Of a DNA stretch of 34,067 nucleotides, positions 9,577-18,816 are shown in pieces. The DNA is taken from the sequence record DRR378314_1373. One strand, written 5' to 3'. Below the pieces are notes generated by a model, which was not told the DNA's origin, did no database searches, and saw only the letters and a program-made list of their open reading frames with translations. Position numbers and translations under genes: made by a program. Positions within the stretch are counted from its first letter, which is position 1. Each line of letters starts with the position of its first letter.

Positions 9577-10380
9577 TTAGCTGCGGACTTCAGAAACTCT
9601 TGGTGGCACCCGGTTTTGAATAAAATCGATCAACGTCGGTCCATCTTCACCAATTTCAACCTCCTTGTACCGCGTGGATTGAAGCCCCCGACATAGCGCG
9701 CCGTTGAACTCCATATTGATGCGAACACCCCTGAGTTTACTCAGGTAGTCGCGCAAACCTTCAGCTGTTAGACGGTCACCTTCCCATGTGACAAAAGCCG
9801 GATCTTCCGCTGACTTTGCCAAGCTTCGGGACAACAGTAACGCGCGGTAACGCGGTTTCTGCTTGGATTCCTCACAACCGGCAAACTCGATAGCGTCAAG
9901 TTCTGCAAGCGTCATATTGACGATCTTAGGCCCCGAAAAACCTATGGCTTCCAACCCCAGCAATACGGTTTCCTGACGGCGTATGAATGCCTTTTCCAGA
10001 AACTTCGCACGAATTGAATTGAGATCATCACCGTTACAGTATTCAGCGAACACTTCGGTGAAGTCTTTCTGACCGTTTACTCCGTCATTCACACGATCTG
10101 CAAAACAGTGATCATTCAGGGTGACTCTCACCTGACGGACCCAACTTAGCTTGCCAAGCTCATGGCGAATATCGAACGCCATGAGAAAGGCAAAATTTGG
10201 AGAGCACCAATAGGTCGGAAGCCGAAACTCGACCTCTACAACATTTGAATCGACGTTCACATCAACAAGTTCGACAAACCCCATATCAGTGATTGGTTCG
10301 TCCAACTCGGGATCCGTGACCAGGTCGAGACGTTGCCAAATTTCCAACTCCAGCTCATCTTTGTGCAGCTCCAAAAACAT
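9577..10380 (-). CDS. DUF59/FeS_assembly_P (metal-sulfur cluster biosynthesis) family protein
   Basis: N-terminal VTDPELDEPITDMGFV and RLPTYWCSPNFAFLM; typical companion of group-5 SDIMO operons. Confidence 0.8.
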   Translation of the reverse strand: MFLELHKDELELEIWQRLDLVTDPELDEPITDMGFVELVDVNVDSNVVEVEFRLPTYWCSPNFAFLMAFDIRHELGKLSWVRQVRVTLNDHCFADRVNDGVNGQKDFTEVFAEYCNGDDLNSIRAKFLEKAFIRRQETVLLGLEAIGFSGPKIVNMTLAELDAIEFAGCEESKQKPRYRALLLSRSLAKSAEDPAFVTWEGDRLTAEGLRDYLSKLRGVRINMEFNGALCRGLQSTRYKEVEIGEDGPTLIDFIQNRVPPRVSEVRS

Positions 10381-10384
10381 CGGC

Positions 10385-11407
10385 TTACTCCGCCGCTATC
10401 TGCACAGGTGATGCGCTTAGTTGGGCTTTTTTGGCTTCGACATCAATGTCGTACAGCGCTGCAGCATTCAGTCCCAAGATCTTCTCTTTGATCTCATCAG
10501 TCAGTTGAACGCCCCGTTCTTTGGCGATGTCTTCAGGGATCTGATATTCCCAAAATTGCTCAACAAGCCATTGAGGGGTCCAAATCGCATAGTCAGAGCC
10601 GAACAGGATCTTATCTTCGCCGATCCAGAACAGCAGTTCTGCCATCACTTCGCCGAAATATCTTGGGCGAGTGAAAATGAACGGCATCGCGACGGCAAGA
10701 CCGCCGTAGACATTGGTTTCCTGCGTCGCGATCCAGCAGAAATCATCTAAGCGCGGCAATCCGCAATGCTCGATGATCCAATTCAGGTTCTGGAAATCGG
10801 TAGCGGCATAATCCACATCGCGGACGTCAAACGCATCCATACTGAGTGGAATGATGGTCGGGCCTTTGTGAACATGGATGTTCTTAATGCCTAGCTTGTC
10901 GCAAAGCTCAAAACACTTATAGGCTGCGGGGTCGTTCAGCGCCCAACCCTTGCTTTCTCCGTTCCATTCAGCGGTGTACATTTTGACACCTTGGATATCG
11001 AAATTTTCCTTCATGTAGTGAATGTATTCCAGCGCTTTCTCACCGTCTCTCGGATCGAATGACCCGTTCACGATAAAGCGTTCAGGATGGCGCGATGCCA
11101 TGGAGCTGCTGCGCTCAATACTAGAAAAACCATTCTTGTAGAAGTCGCGCAGATACGTCGACTGGATGATCGCCACATCATCAGGCCCATCGATGAACAG
11201 ATCCCGATAAACATCATCTTCAGAGTACTTCTCGAACCGCCCTTTTTCCCACAGCTGTTCCGGCGGGCTTAGATTGGTGTGGTAAGCATAAAAGCAGTCA
11301 ATGAACTGCTTACCGTGTATATTGCTCTGGTTTTCCGGGCTGCCGTCCCAAAAATGAGTATGGCCGTCGACCACAAATATTTCTTTGCCATCTTTGGTTT
11401 TAAACAT
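10385..11407 (-). CDS. Amidohydrolase_2 family metal-dependent hydrolase
   Basis: VDGHTH, HVHKG, EHCG, LFGSDY, KILGLNAAALY motifs. Confidence 0.9.
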   Translation of the reverse strand: MFKTKDGKEIFVVDGHTHFWDGSPENQSNIHGKQFIDCFYAYHTNLSPPEQLWEKGRFEKYSEDDVYRDLFIDGPDDVAIIQSTYLRDFYKNGFSSIERSSSMASRHPERFIVNGSFDPRDGEKALEYIHYMKENFDIQGVKMYTAEWNGESKGWALNDPAAYKCFELCDKLGIKNIHVHKGPTIIPLSMDAFDVRDVDYAATDFQNLNWIIEHCGLPRLDDFCWIATQETNVYGGLAVAMPFIFTRPRYFGEVMAELLFWIGEDKILFGSDYAIWTPQWLVEQFWEYQIPEDIAKERGVQLTDEIKEKILGLNAAALYDIDVEAKKAQLSASPVQIAAE

Positions 11408-11454
11408 CGATTCCTCCTCAGGTAGTCTGAATTTTCACGCCGTGAAGTTAGGGG

Positions 11455-11484
11455 GTACGAACCCGGGCAAAACCGGGTTCGTAC
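11455..11484. terminator. Strong hairpin after prmD
   Basis: GTACGAACCCGG-GCAAAA-CCGGGTTCGTAC, perfect 12-bp stem. Confidence 0.6.
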
Positions 11485-11494
11485 ATCGATTTCG

Positions 11495-11866
11495 TCACTC
11501 GATATATTCGAAGACGTCGTCCATGTTTCCGAACAGAACGACGGTGTTGTCATCGACCCGAACCATCCGGCCATAATGAGTGGACGTGTTGACCTCGAAA
11601 GTTTCCGCAGTCATTTCGCGACCCAGAAACTCACTGATCTCATCCATTTTGAAGACCAGCTTTCCCTCACCGTCGACACGGATGGTCGCGGGGTTGTGGG
11701 TTACTGTGACTTTGGGATCTTCGCCCATGAACTCGGCAATCGCTCGGGCTTCAACAGAGTCATTCATAGTTACACCACACTGGTGTGAAATGGTCTGTTC
11801 AAACTTGATTTCGTTCATCGGCTTAAAGATGTTCTGTTTTGAAGCGTCGCGTGCTGTACTCGACAT
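11495..11866 (-). CDS. prmD: SDIMO coupling/effector protein (MmoB/DmpM family)
   Basis: CGVTMNDSVEARAIAE, PATIRVDG, STHYGRMV motifs; fourth position in the operon. Confidence 0.9.
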   Translation of the reverse strand: MSSTARDASKQNIFKPMNEIKFEQTISHQCGVTMNDSVEARAIAEFMGEDPKVTVTHNPATIRVDGEGKLVFKMDEISEFLGREMTAETFEVNTSTHYGRMVRVDDNTVVLFGNMDDVFEYIE

Positions 11867-11884
11867 CGTATATTCTCCTTTGGA

Positions 11885-12949
11885 TTAGCGGCTCAGGCCA
11901 AGTTCAGACAGGATTTGGCCAAGACGCTCTTGCGAGACGGCTTTGACATCTTCGAAAGCGACAGGCTTGGAATGCGGCTGCGACCAGATTGGCTGCAGCG
12001 CCAGCACGGCTTTGTTAGCCAGATCAGCATGTTTCTTGATCCAGGTTTGGAACAATGCCTTGTTATGCGCACCATGCTCTTCGTCATTTGCCAGCAAGTA
12101 CATAAGGTCGATTGTGTTCGCGAGGTTGCGCTCAAAATCGGCCTCGGCGGCCGAGATGACCGGCGGCGTGATGAAGTCATTATTCGCTGCAGCGGCCTGC
12201 ATCAGGAAACCAGACCGGAAAAGCTCACCAACCAGCGGTTCGAAAATCAGATTGATCGCGAAATACTGCTCTAGGTAGTCTTCCGACCCCATGATGGTTT
12301 CGATCGCCTCACGGCAAGGTTGCCACATTGGATCTTCCAGCCAGGCTTTTTTGCCCAGATCGTCGTTCCAACCGTCAATGTCCATTCCGATCTCGGCCAG
12401 ATACAACGTGATATCCTGGCACAACCGCATTTTATAGGACGAGTTGGTCAGCGTGGCGTTATTAATCATCTGAGTATAGCCATACCGCTGGGCTTGCATC
12501 AGAGATGTGCCAAGACCAAACTCCGCATGTTTCCACGCACCTAGATGAGTTTGCAGGATACGCTCCCAAGCCTTGTCAAACGACTTATGGGCCCCAGCCC
12601 TGCGCGCATTGTCGACGACCGACTTCACCATTGAACAGATTTTGGACTGACGCTGATAATGCGTGCGCTCCCACTCCTGATCAGGGGCCCGGAAGGCGTG
12701 CCAGTTCGAACTCAGCGCCGCTGTATTGTCCTTTTGGTAGGCACCACCGCCTTTGCCCCCTTCGAACTCGATGATCCAGTTTTGGATCAGATAGCGTTCG
12801 GGATCTGGTTGCACGTCGACGGTTACGTCTTCGTAATGTGTGGCGCGTTTGCCGCGTGGTTCAAAATAGTTGTATTTGCGGCTGGTCGATCCGACGAACG
12901 TTGCAGCGCCTGCGGCGCCGGATCCAACGGAACTTGATGTAGCTACCAT
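11885..12949 (-). CDS. prmC: SDIMO hydroxylase beta (small) subunit
   Basis: ATHYEDVTVDVQPDPERYL, WHAFRAPDQEWERTHY, NLIFEPLVGELFRSGF. Confidence 0.92.
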   Translation of the reverse strand: MVATSSSVGSGAAGAATFVGSTSRKYNYFEPRGKRATHYEDVTVDVQPDPERYLIQNWIIEFEGGKGGGAYQKDNTAALSSNWHAFRAPDQEWERTHYQRQSKICSMVKSVVDNARRAGAHKSFDKAWERILQTHLGAWKHAEFGLGTSLMQAQRYGYTQMINNATLTNSSYKMRLCQDITLYLAEIGMDIDGWNDDLGKKAWLEDPMWQPCREAIETIMGSEDYLEQYFAINLIFEPLVGELFRSGFLMQAAAANNDFITPPVISAAEADFERNLANTIDLMYLLANDEEHGAHNKALFQTWIKKHADLANKAVLALQPIWSQPHSKPVAFEDVKAVSQERLGQILSELGLSR

Positions 12950-13000
12950 GGTAGCCTCCCTTATTGTGTTTCATTCACATGACTAGCGATCAGCCCAGCG

Positions 13001-14059
13001 TCAGTGGGCCGATGAACCGGAAGTCGGTGTGAATTTGTCGTAGAAAACGCGCTCGCCATCGAAGTCGTTCATGAACAGCACCGGCGTCAGTGCATCAATC
13101 ATCGGAGGGGGGCCGCAGGCGTAAACGTCGCCCTCGCCATCGACATCCAACTCCTTCAGATATTCGTCCACGATTTCGTGAACGAAACCTCTGGCACCCG
13201 TCCAGTTATCGTCATCATTTGCGTGGCTTAATACAGGGATGAATTTGACATTCGCATTGGCGTCGGTGATCTCTGCAATCTCGTCCAGCTTGAACAGATC
13301 CTCTTGCGTGCGAGCCCCGTAAAAGAAATAAATATCGCGATCTTCGATACTGCTGAGTTGATCATGCAAGATTGACCAGACCGGCGACATGCCGGAACCC
13401 GCCCCGACCAGGATCACCGGTCCTTGTCGGTCTTCCCGTCGGAAGCACATTCCGTACGGTCCGCAGATTTCGACTGTAGCTCCTTTTTTGATCCCCCCTG
13501 CATCGAGCTCGTTTGAGAACCTCCCGTCTGGGTATTTTTTGATGATGAAGGAGAGTTTCTGGGCTTCGCTCGGCGAATTTGCCATGGAGAACGAGCGTGT
13601 AATCTTCTCCCCTTTTTCGGTGGTAACCGTGATGTCGACATATTGCCCCGCCCAAAATTTGAGCGGTGTTTCAATTTCAATATCAACACCGCGAATGTCA
13701 TGGGTCAGCTTTTGGAAATCGACAATTCGGCCATTGAATTCTTTGACCGGAATGGATTTCGATAAAACCTCCTCGTCATAATTCAGGAGTTCGATTTCAA
13801 CATCGCTATAGGCCAGCGTCCGGCACATTAGAACGTGCCCGCTCTCCTTTTCAAAGTCGTTGAGCGCGAAAGTTGAATACTTGAGCATTTCAGTCTCGCC
13901 ATCCAGCTGAACACATTTACAGGCCGAACACTGGCCTTCCTTGCACCCGTGCGGTAGAGCAATGCCTTGGCGGAACGCGGCATCGAGAATGGTTTCATCC
14001 TCTTGGACCTCAATCTCCACGCCAACCGGCTCAAAGCGAACCCTGTATATTTCACCCAT
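13001..14059 (-). CDS. prmB: SDIMO NADH reductase (2Fe-2S ferredoxin + FAD/NAD domains)
   Basis: GCKEGQCSAC...C, RSFS, GAGSGMSP, YACGPPPM. Confidence 0.93.
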   Translation of the reverse strand: MGEIYRVRFEPVGVEIEVQEDETILDAAFRQGIALPHGCKEGQCSACKCVQLDGETEMLKYSTFALNDFEKESGHVLMCRTLAYSDVEIELLNYDEEVLSKSIPVKEFNGRIVDFQKLTHDIRGVDIEIETPLKFWAGQYVDITVTTEKGEKITRSFSMANSPSEAQKLSFIIKKYPDGRFSNELDAGGIKKGATVEICGPYGMCFRREDRQGPVILVGAGSGMSPVWSILHDQLSSIEDRDIYFFYGARTQEDLFKLDEIAEITDANANVKFIPVLSHANDDDNWTGARGFVHEIVDEYLKELDVDGEGDVYACGPPPMIDALTPVLFMNDFDGERVFYDKFTPTSGSSAH

Positions 14060-14112
14060 TAGTCGAGTCTCCTGTGTTCCGAAATCACGCGCGGGATTCG
14101 GACCTTTCTGTA

Positions 14113-14138
14113 TGCAAGGGCCAATCGAGGCCCTTGCA
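14113..14138. terminator. Hairpin between prmA and prmB
   Basis: TGCAAGGGCC-AATCGA-GGCCCTTGCA, perfect 10-bp stem about 10 nt after the prmA stop. Confidence 0.6.
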
Positions 14139-14148
14139 AAAGATTGCT

Positions 14149-15813
14149 TTAGTTGAACGGTGTAATGGTGAAACCGGCGCGGTATTCGGCCAGATGCGCC
14201 TCACGCTCGGCATCAGACATGCCGCGCAGTGCGTTGAGCGGCGAACCAAGGGTGTGACCACGGACATCGTCCAGCGTCCACATATCCTTGTTGTCAAAGC
14301 GTAGGTGTGGCTGCGGAACCAACGTCTTGCCATCTTCACGAACAAAGTTGAGGTCCTTGATCGCGTCCGCCAAATCCCAACCATCGTAGACGGTTTCCCA
14401 TTCACGCTTGCCCGAGAACTTGCCCATCGCCGGCGTTGGCCGACCTTGGTATTCGTCTGCGAACGCTTCAACGGCGGTCCAGCGATCAAGTTCATGTGCG
14501 AAGGTATGCAACTGACCGTCGATCTCGTCGACAACCATGTCTTCGCGGATCAGGCACGGCACCAGGCACGACCAACAGCGATGCGGATATACATAGCCAA
14601 CTTCTTCGTTGAAGGTGATGACCTTTTGACCCGGAACACTTAGCTTGGCGTACCATTTCCAGAAGTCACCAAACTCGGCATACCAACCCGGATACTTGTG
14701 CTCAAACCACTCAAAGTCTTTCTCAGTCTGAGCTTCAATCCGCCAGAAGTTTACCGGCCAGCCAACAGCAAAGAACTGGGCTACTTTGTGCACATAGTTC
14801 TTCTCTGTTATCCGCTTCCACGCTTCCTGTACATCGTCGTGATGTACTTTCACGCCGTATTTCTCAAGCGGCAGCATGTAGGTTCGGTAGTAGTCTTCAA
14901 AGATCCAGCGATGCCACATCTCCGCATAGGATTCCTTTTCCTTGTCGCGGTTGGTGGTGCCGTATTCGATAAACGTACCGATCGCCGCATCAACGATGGC
15001 GTGGTTCTGCCAGAAGGAATAACGCAGGTCGCGCTCCAGAAGTAGATGGTTTTCCGGCTCTTTCAGAGCAGCCATCAGAAGCGAATGCCCGTTACCAATA
15101 TGGCGGCTTTCGTCAGACTGAACTGACAGGAACACAGTTGGCAAAGCATAGTCGCCGTTACGGGCGGCTTCTGAAGGCATTGCCACAAAGAGAGTGTTCG
15201 TGAACGCGGTTTCAGCAACAACCGTCAGGTACATACATGCAGCGGTCATGGTGTCGCCGGTGATAAACCCCTCGCCGAACTGACGGCCGATGGTGGTTGC
15301 ATAGCACTTACCAAAGGCTTCTTCAGTGATGTCGAAACCAGCCGGATCGATGTAGTTCTCCATGTACCACTTTTTCAGATTCATCTGAATTGTGGAATGA
15401 CGGAATTCATCAACCATCTGCATTGTGAAGCCTGTGCGCAGGTCTTCGCCCGGTGCCAGTCGTGCAACCATCGCCATCGAACGTGCAGCCGAGATTTCCG
15501 GGAACGGTATGATGGCTAGGAACAGCTTCATCCATTCGATCCAGCGCGGCTCGACGTTGCGGAACATGTCACCACGCAAAGCCGCATCAAGTGCACCATA
15601 AACCCTATTATCCTTCTCTTCTTCCATTGGGAAATAAGAGCGCAGAACCTGCTTCATCGGGTCACGCGGGGCTTTGGTGATCTTATAGTCTGTTGGGAAA
15701 GTATTCGCTTCCTGAACATAGGTTGGATTCCAACCCAGGTCCGAGATCTTCTTCGTGGCCTCCCCCACTGAGATACCTCTCTGGGAAGTAATTTTATTTA
15801 GCGTAATCGCCAT
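14149..15813 (-). CDS. prmA: Soluble di-iron monooxygenase hydroxylase alpha subunit, group 5 (propane/acetone/phenol type)
   Basis: Di-iron ligands PEISA, DEFRH, AETAF, DESRH; AAGGAG RBS before ATG 15813; alpha-reductase-beta-coupling order is the group-5 arrangement. Confidence 0.93.
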   Translation of the reverse strand: MAITLNKITSQRGISVGEATKKISDLGWNPTYVQEANTFPTDYKITKAPRDPMKQVLRSYFPMEEEKDNRVYGALDAALRGDMFRNVEPRWIEWMKLFLAIIPFPEISAARSMAMVARLAPGEDLRTGFTMQMVDEFRHSTIQMNLKKWYMENYIDPAGFDITEEAFGKCYATTIGRQFGEGFITGDTMTAACMYLTVVAETAFTNTLFVAMPSEAARNGDYALPTVFLSVQSDESRHIGNGHSLLMAALKEPENHLLLERDLRYSFWQNHAIVDAAIGTFIEYGTTNRDKEKESYAEMWHRWIFEDYYRTYMLPLEKYGVKVHHDDVQEAWKRITEKNYVHKVAQFFAVGWPVNFWRIEAQTEKDFEWFEHKYPGWYAEFGDFWKWYAKLSVPGQKVITFNEEVGYVYPHRCWSCLVPCLIREDMVVDEIDGQLHTFAHELDRWTAVEAFADEYQGRPTPAMGKFSGKREWETVYDGWDLADAIKDLNFVREDGKTLVPQPHLRFDNKDMWTLDDVRGHTLGSPLNALRGMSDAEREAHLAEYRAGFTITPFN

Positions 15814-16091
15814 GCTTGAGACTCCTTCGTTTCTGACCGAGCTCTCGGCCGGTTGGAGACAGCGCATGCTGCCGTTTCTTCGACTCGATCACTGCACACC
15901 GCCTGAGAGGCGCGTTCAGTGGATCCGGTCATTCGGATCACGGCAAAGGTTTCGGTGAGAACAATCAGCGGCGAAATCAGAACCCTGCCGCGCTAAGCGA
16001 CGGGTATTCATTTTGCTTGCTGAACCCTCCCTGGTCCTTCGTTCTTGATGGTCCCCGCTCAAACAGGGACGCGGCGTTATGCTTCATTACA

Positions 16092-16107
16092 TGCAAGGGG
16101 CGTGCCA
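16092..16107 (-). promoter_or_regulatory. Sigma54 (-24/-12) promoter of the prm operon
   Basis: Minus strand reads TGGCACG-CCCC-TTGCA, a consensus match. Confidence 0.9.
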
Positions 16108-16859
16108 ACTTATGGAACTGGGGCCGGTTTTGCTGCATAAAAACAGACGTACGGATTTAAACTGCTGTTTTTAATACTTATTTTTTTCCTAAAAATTTCC
16201 ATCATGTTCGTATGCAGTGAATTGACGGCGGGTGGACACCACCGGAAATCCTTTAAGTTTGTTACGATATTTTACAAACTTTACGTTCGCGCCGCTGTTT
16301 ACACATCACGTTACGATTATGCCGCTTGCGCTGGATCCGGCCTGACTTGTGCTCGAACTTCGTATCAGAATCTTGATTTGACACCATGATCGAACACTCT
16401 GTGCAGCGATCAATTTGTCTTGGAATTACGATTCGCTGCCGGTGAACACTTTCATTAATCTGCTGCCAACGCGTATGGCTACCCAAAGCACAATTCAGAA
16501 AGCGAATCACCAGCCGTGCGAAACACGCACTTTGAGCGACAACATCGCGTCAGATTTCGCCGTTGTAAAACTATGAAACTAACCACCATTACACTATGTA
16601 AACATGTTTGACTAATCGCGTTTAGGTTGTGAAAAAGATGCCCGTAAAAGACATATTTTGTCCCCAACGTTGTTTGTAGAGCTGCCAACTAGTGATATTT
16701 TGGGCTCTGTAAAGACCTTACGTCCATAGTCGGATTAGACACTGTCTATTGAAGCGTCGGTTAAGACAACACAGTCAACTATGGACCGTGTTTGTTGTTT
16801 CTTGCTGGGGGATCGAGATGCGCAAACAAAGCTCAACCAACATCGTCGGGAATAATGTG

Positions 16860-17135
16860 TCAGTTCGGTCGCCCGCCTTTAACAACGTGTGGCATCTGAT
16901 CCCAAATTGCTTCGATGTCATTTCTCAAATGCGCGTGGAGAATTCGAAGAACTTCTTCCCGTACCTCCTCCGAAGTTTGAGCCAGCGCCTCTTGCACGGA
17001 CATAATATTGATGGGGGTGGGTTCGGACGCTGCCTTTTCAGCCGCCAGCGTCAGCACACTGTCTTTGCCGCAAAGTTCGAGACTGACTTTGTACAAGCCC
17101 TGAAAGAATCGGTTCGTTGCGTCTTTCTGTGTCAT
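16860..17135 (-). CDS. Small hypothetical helical protein
   Basis: 91-aa ORF from ATG 17135 (GAGAG upstream) with amphipathic helical composition. Confidence 0.55.
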   Translation of the reverse strand: MTQKDATNRFFQGLYKVSLELCGKDSVLTLAAEKAASEPTPINIMSVQEALAQTSEEVREEVLRILHAHLRNDIEAIWDQMPHVVKGGRPN

Positions 17136-17189
17136 GAGAGGTCTCTCATCGGTTCCGAGCACCAGCTTGGGTTTCTACAGGAGACTTGA

Positions 17190-17471
17190 ATGATCGGTCA
17201 ATCCTCTGCCGTCTCGGATTTGTTTCACAAGCGCATGGAGCTGATCAACAACCTGTCACAGGCAAATGTGGAACACCTGCGCATTTTACAACAGATTGCC
17301 GGCTACGAAATCTTGCTGATGAAAGATCCGGACTCTCCGGAAACGCGCGCGGCGATCGAAAAATCTTCCGACGACTTGAACATTTCACAGAAACAGATCG
17401 ACGCCATGGAACGCGATGTTGCGAAGGTCGATGAGCAAATTGAAAACGCCCGAAATCTGGAGGATAAATAA
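17190..17471 (+). CDS. Small coiled-coil hypothetical protein
   Basis: AGGAG RBS; heptad-like charged sequence; its stop overlaps the next start (TAATG). Confidence 0.75.
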   Translation: MIGQSSAVSDLFHKRMELINNLSQANVEHLRILQQIAGYEILLMKDPDSPETRAAIEKSSDDLNISQKQIDAMERDVAKVDEQIENARNLEDK

Positions 17472-18601
17472 TGGTTGAAAATAGTGCCGCAGGTCTTTCG
17501 CTGTTTGGTCTATTGGGTCGAGATTGGGCGTTGGAAGATGCAATAGATCAAGTGATCTTCAATGAAGAAGACAGTTGTGTAGTATTCAAACTGACGTCCG
17601 GCAAATTGGCATTGGCTGCTGTCGAGGATGCCGAAAGCCCGAAAATCCGGACCCGGATGGATTTGGAAACCGGCCGAACAACGATCCGACCGCGCGAAAA
17701 CCCCATAGCACTGGTTAAGACACCGGACATCTCTGTCCGTCCAGACCTGACTGTTGTTCGTTTTGGCACACAGGGTTTTTCCGCAATTTGTGACGATGGT
17801 TTTCTGCGGCAGATCACGGCGGGCGGTCAGATTGTGGACAGGCTAAAGCCAGAGGATTCGGACGTGACAGCCTTGGCGGGCACTCATAGTGGCGATTGCA
17901 TCGCGATTGCCAAGGGCGCGCTGATTGACGTGATATTAACATCGGAACTGACGTCCGTTGTCACATTAACTGCGAGTCATCCAGTTGTTTGCTTGTCCTA
18001 CTCTGACGATGACCGCGCGCTTGCGGGATGGGGTGACGGAAAGCTGACTGTGTTTGATCTGGCGGCCCCCGAAATAGACCCAGTCACGTATGACGTCGCA
18101 AGCGAAATAACCGAGATTAGATGGCACGATACTGCAAACCATCTGTGTTGTGCGTCAACCGACCAGAGCTTTTACCTGATCGACTGCAGCGCAGGATCTG
18201 TCCAGCGGGTCGAAGGATTCCCCGCACCGGTTCGCAACGTCGCGTTCAGCAAATCTGCCAACGCGCTTGTGACATCGGGTGCGTTTCGTCTAGTCGGCTG
18301 GGATGCGAATGATCTGCCGCAGAATGACGAACCCGGTACGCCAATAGCCACGGGCAAACCGGGATTTGTCGTTCTGAACGCGATTGCTGCACATCCTGAG
18401 CGGGACGTTGTCGCAACTGGGTACGCCAGTGGTCTGGTGACTTTGGCCAGCGTTGGCACGCCGCAAGACATGATGCTGCATCAAGAACGTGGAACCGAAG
18501 TAAGCAGCCTGTCCTGGTCTAAAACCGGAGAGCATCTGGCAATCGGTTTTGCATCCGGAAAGGCCGCAATCATGACCTTCCCCTCGCAGTTGTTTAAGTA
18601 A
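17471..18601 (+). CDS. WD40-repeat beta-propeller protein
   Basis: Repeated beta-propeller blades (VVCLSYSDDDRALA, VRNVAFSKSANALVTSG, VSSLSWSKTGEHLAIG). Confidence 0.85.
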   Translation: MVENSAAGLSLFGLLGRDWALEDAIDQVIFNEEDSCVVFKLTSGKLALAAVEDAESPKIRTRMDLETGRTTIRPRENPIALVKTPDISVRPDLTVVRFGTQGFSAICDDGFLRQITAGGQIVDRLKPEDSDVTALAGTHSGDCIAIAKGALIDVILTSELTSVVTLTASHPVVCLSYSDDDRALAGWGDGKLTVFDLAAPEIDPVTYDVASEITEIRWHDTANHLCCASTDQSFYLIDCSAGSVQRVEGFPAPVRNVAFSKSANALVTSGAFRLVGWDANDLPQNDEPGTPIATGKPGFVVLNAIAAHPERDVVATGYASGLVTLASVGTPQDMMLHQERGTEVSSLSWSKTGEHLAIGFASGKAAIMTFPSQLFK

Positions 18602-18634
18602 AACCACTCCACTCAAACCATCAGGAGATAGCTA

Positions 18635-18814
18635 ATGTCAAAGACCTTGTCCCTCGAAGAGCAAAGCAAAGATAAATACTTCGCTCGATTGTCAAAAATC
18701 TCGGAAGAGATGATCGAAGAACATGGCAAGGACTTCGCCATGGGCGCTCTGGTTATGGCGGCGCAGTGGATCGCCAAAAACCAACTGGGACCGCAAGAAG
18801 ATATCCTACAATAG
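18635..18814 (+). CDS. 59-aa hypothetical protein absent from the ORF track
   Basis: AGGAG RBS; MSKTLSLEEQSKDKYFARLSKISEEMIEEHGKDFAMGALVMAAQWIAKNQLGPQEDILQ fills the gap after the WD40 gene. Confidence 0.75.
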   Translation: MSKTLSLEEQSKDKYFARLSKISEEMIEEHGKDFAMGALVMAAQWIAKNQLGPQEDILQ

Positions 18815-18816
18815 AG

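Noticed and set aside
14149-15813. Calling this methane monooxygenase (mmoX)
   Set aside because: No gamma subunit or mmoD, and the gene order is the group-5 arrangement
15814-15867. ORF-track N-terminal extension of prmA
   Set aside because: The AAGGAG RBS sits before ATG 15813, and the extension does not look like an SDIMO N-terminus
16204-16688. Short ORFs in the upstream control region
   Set aside because: No RBS, atypical composition; better explained as regulatory DNA
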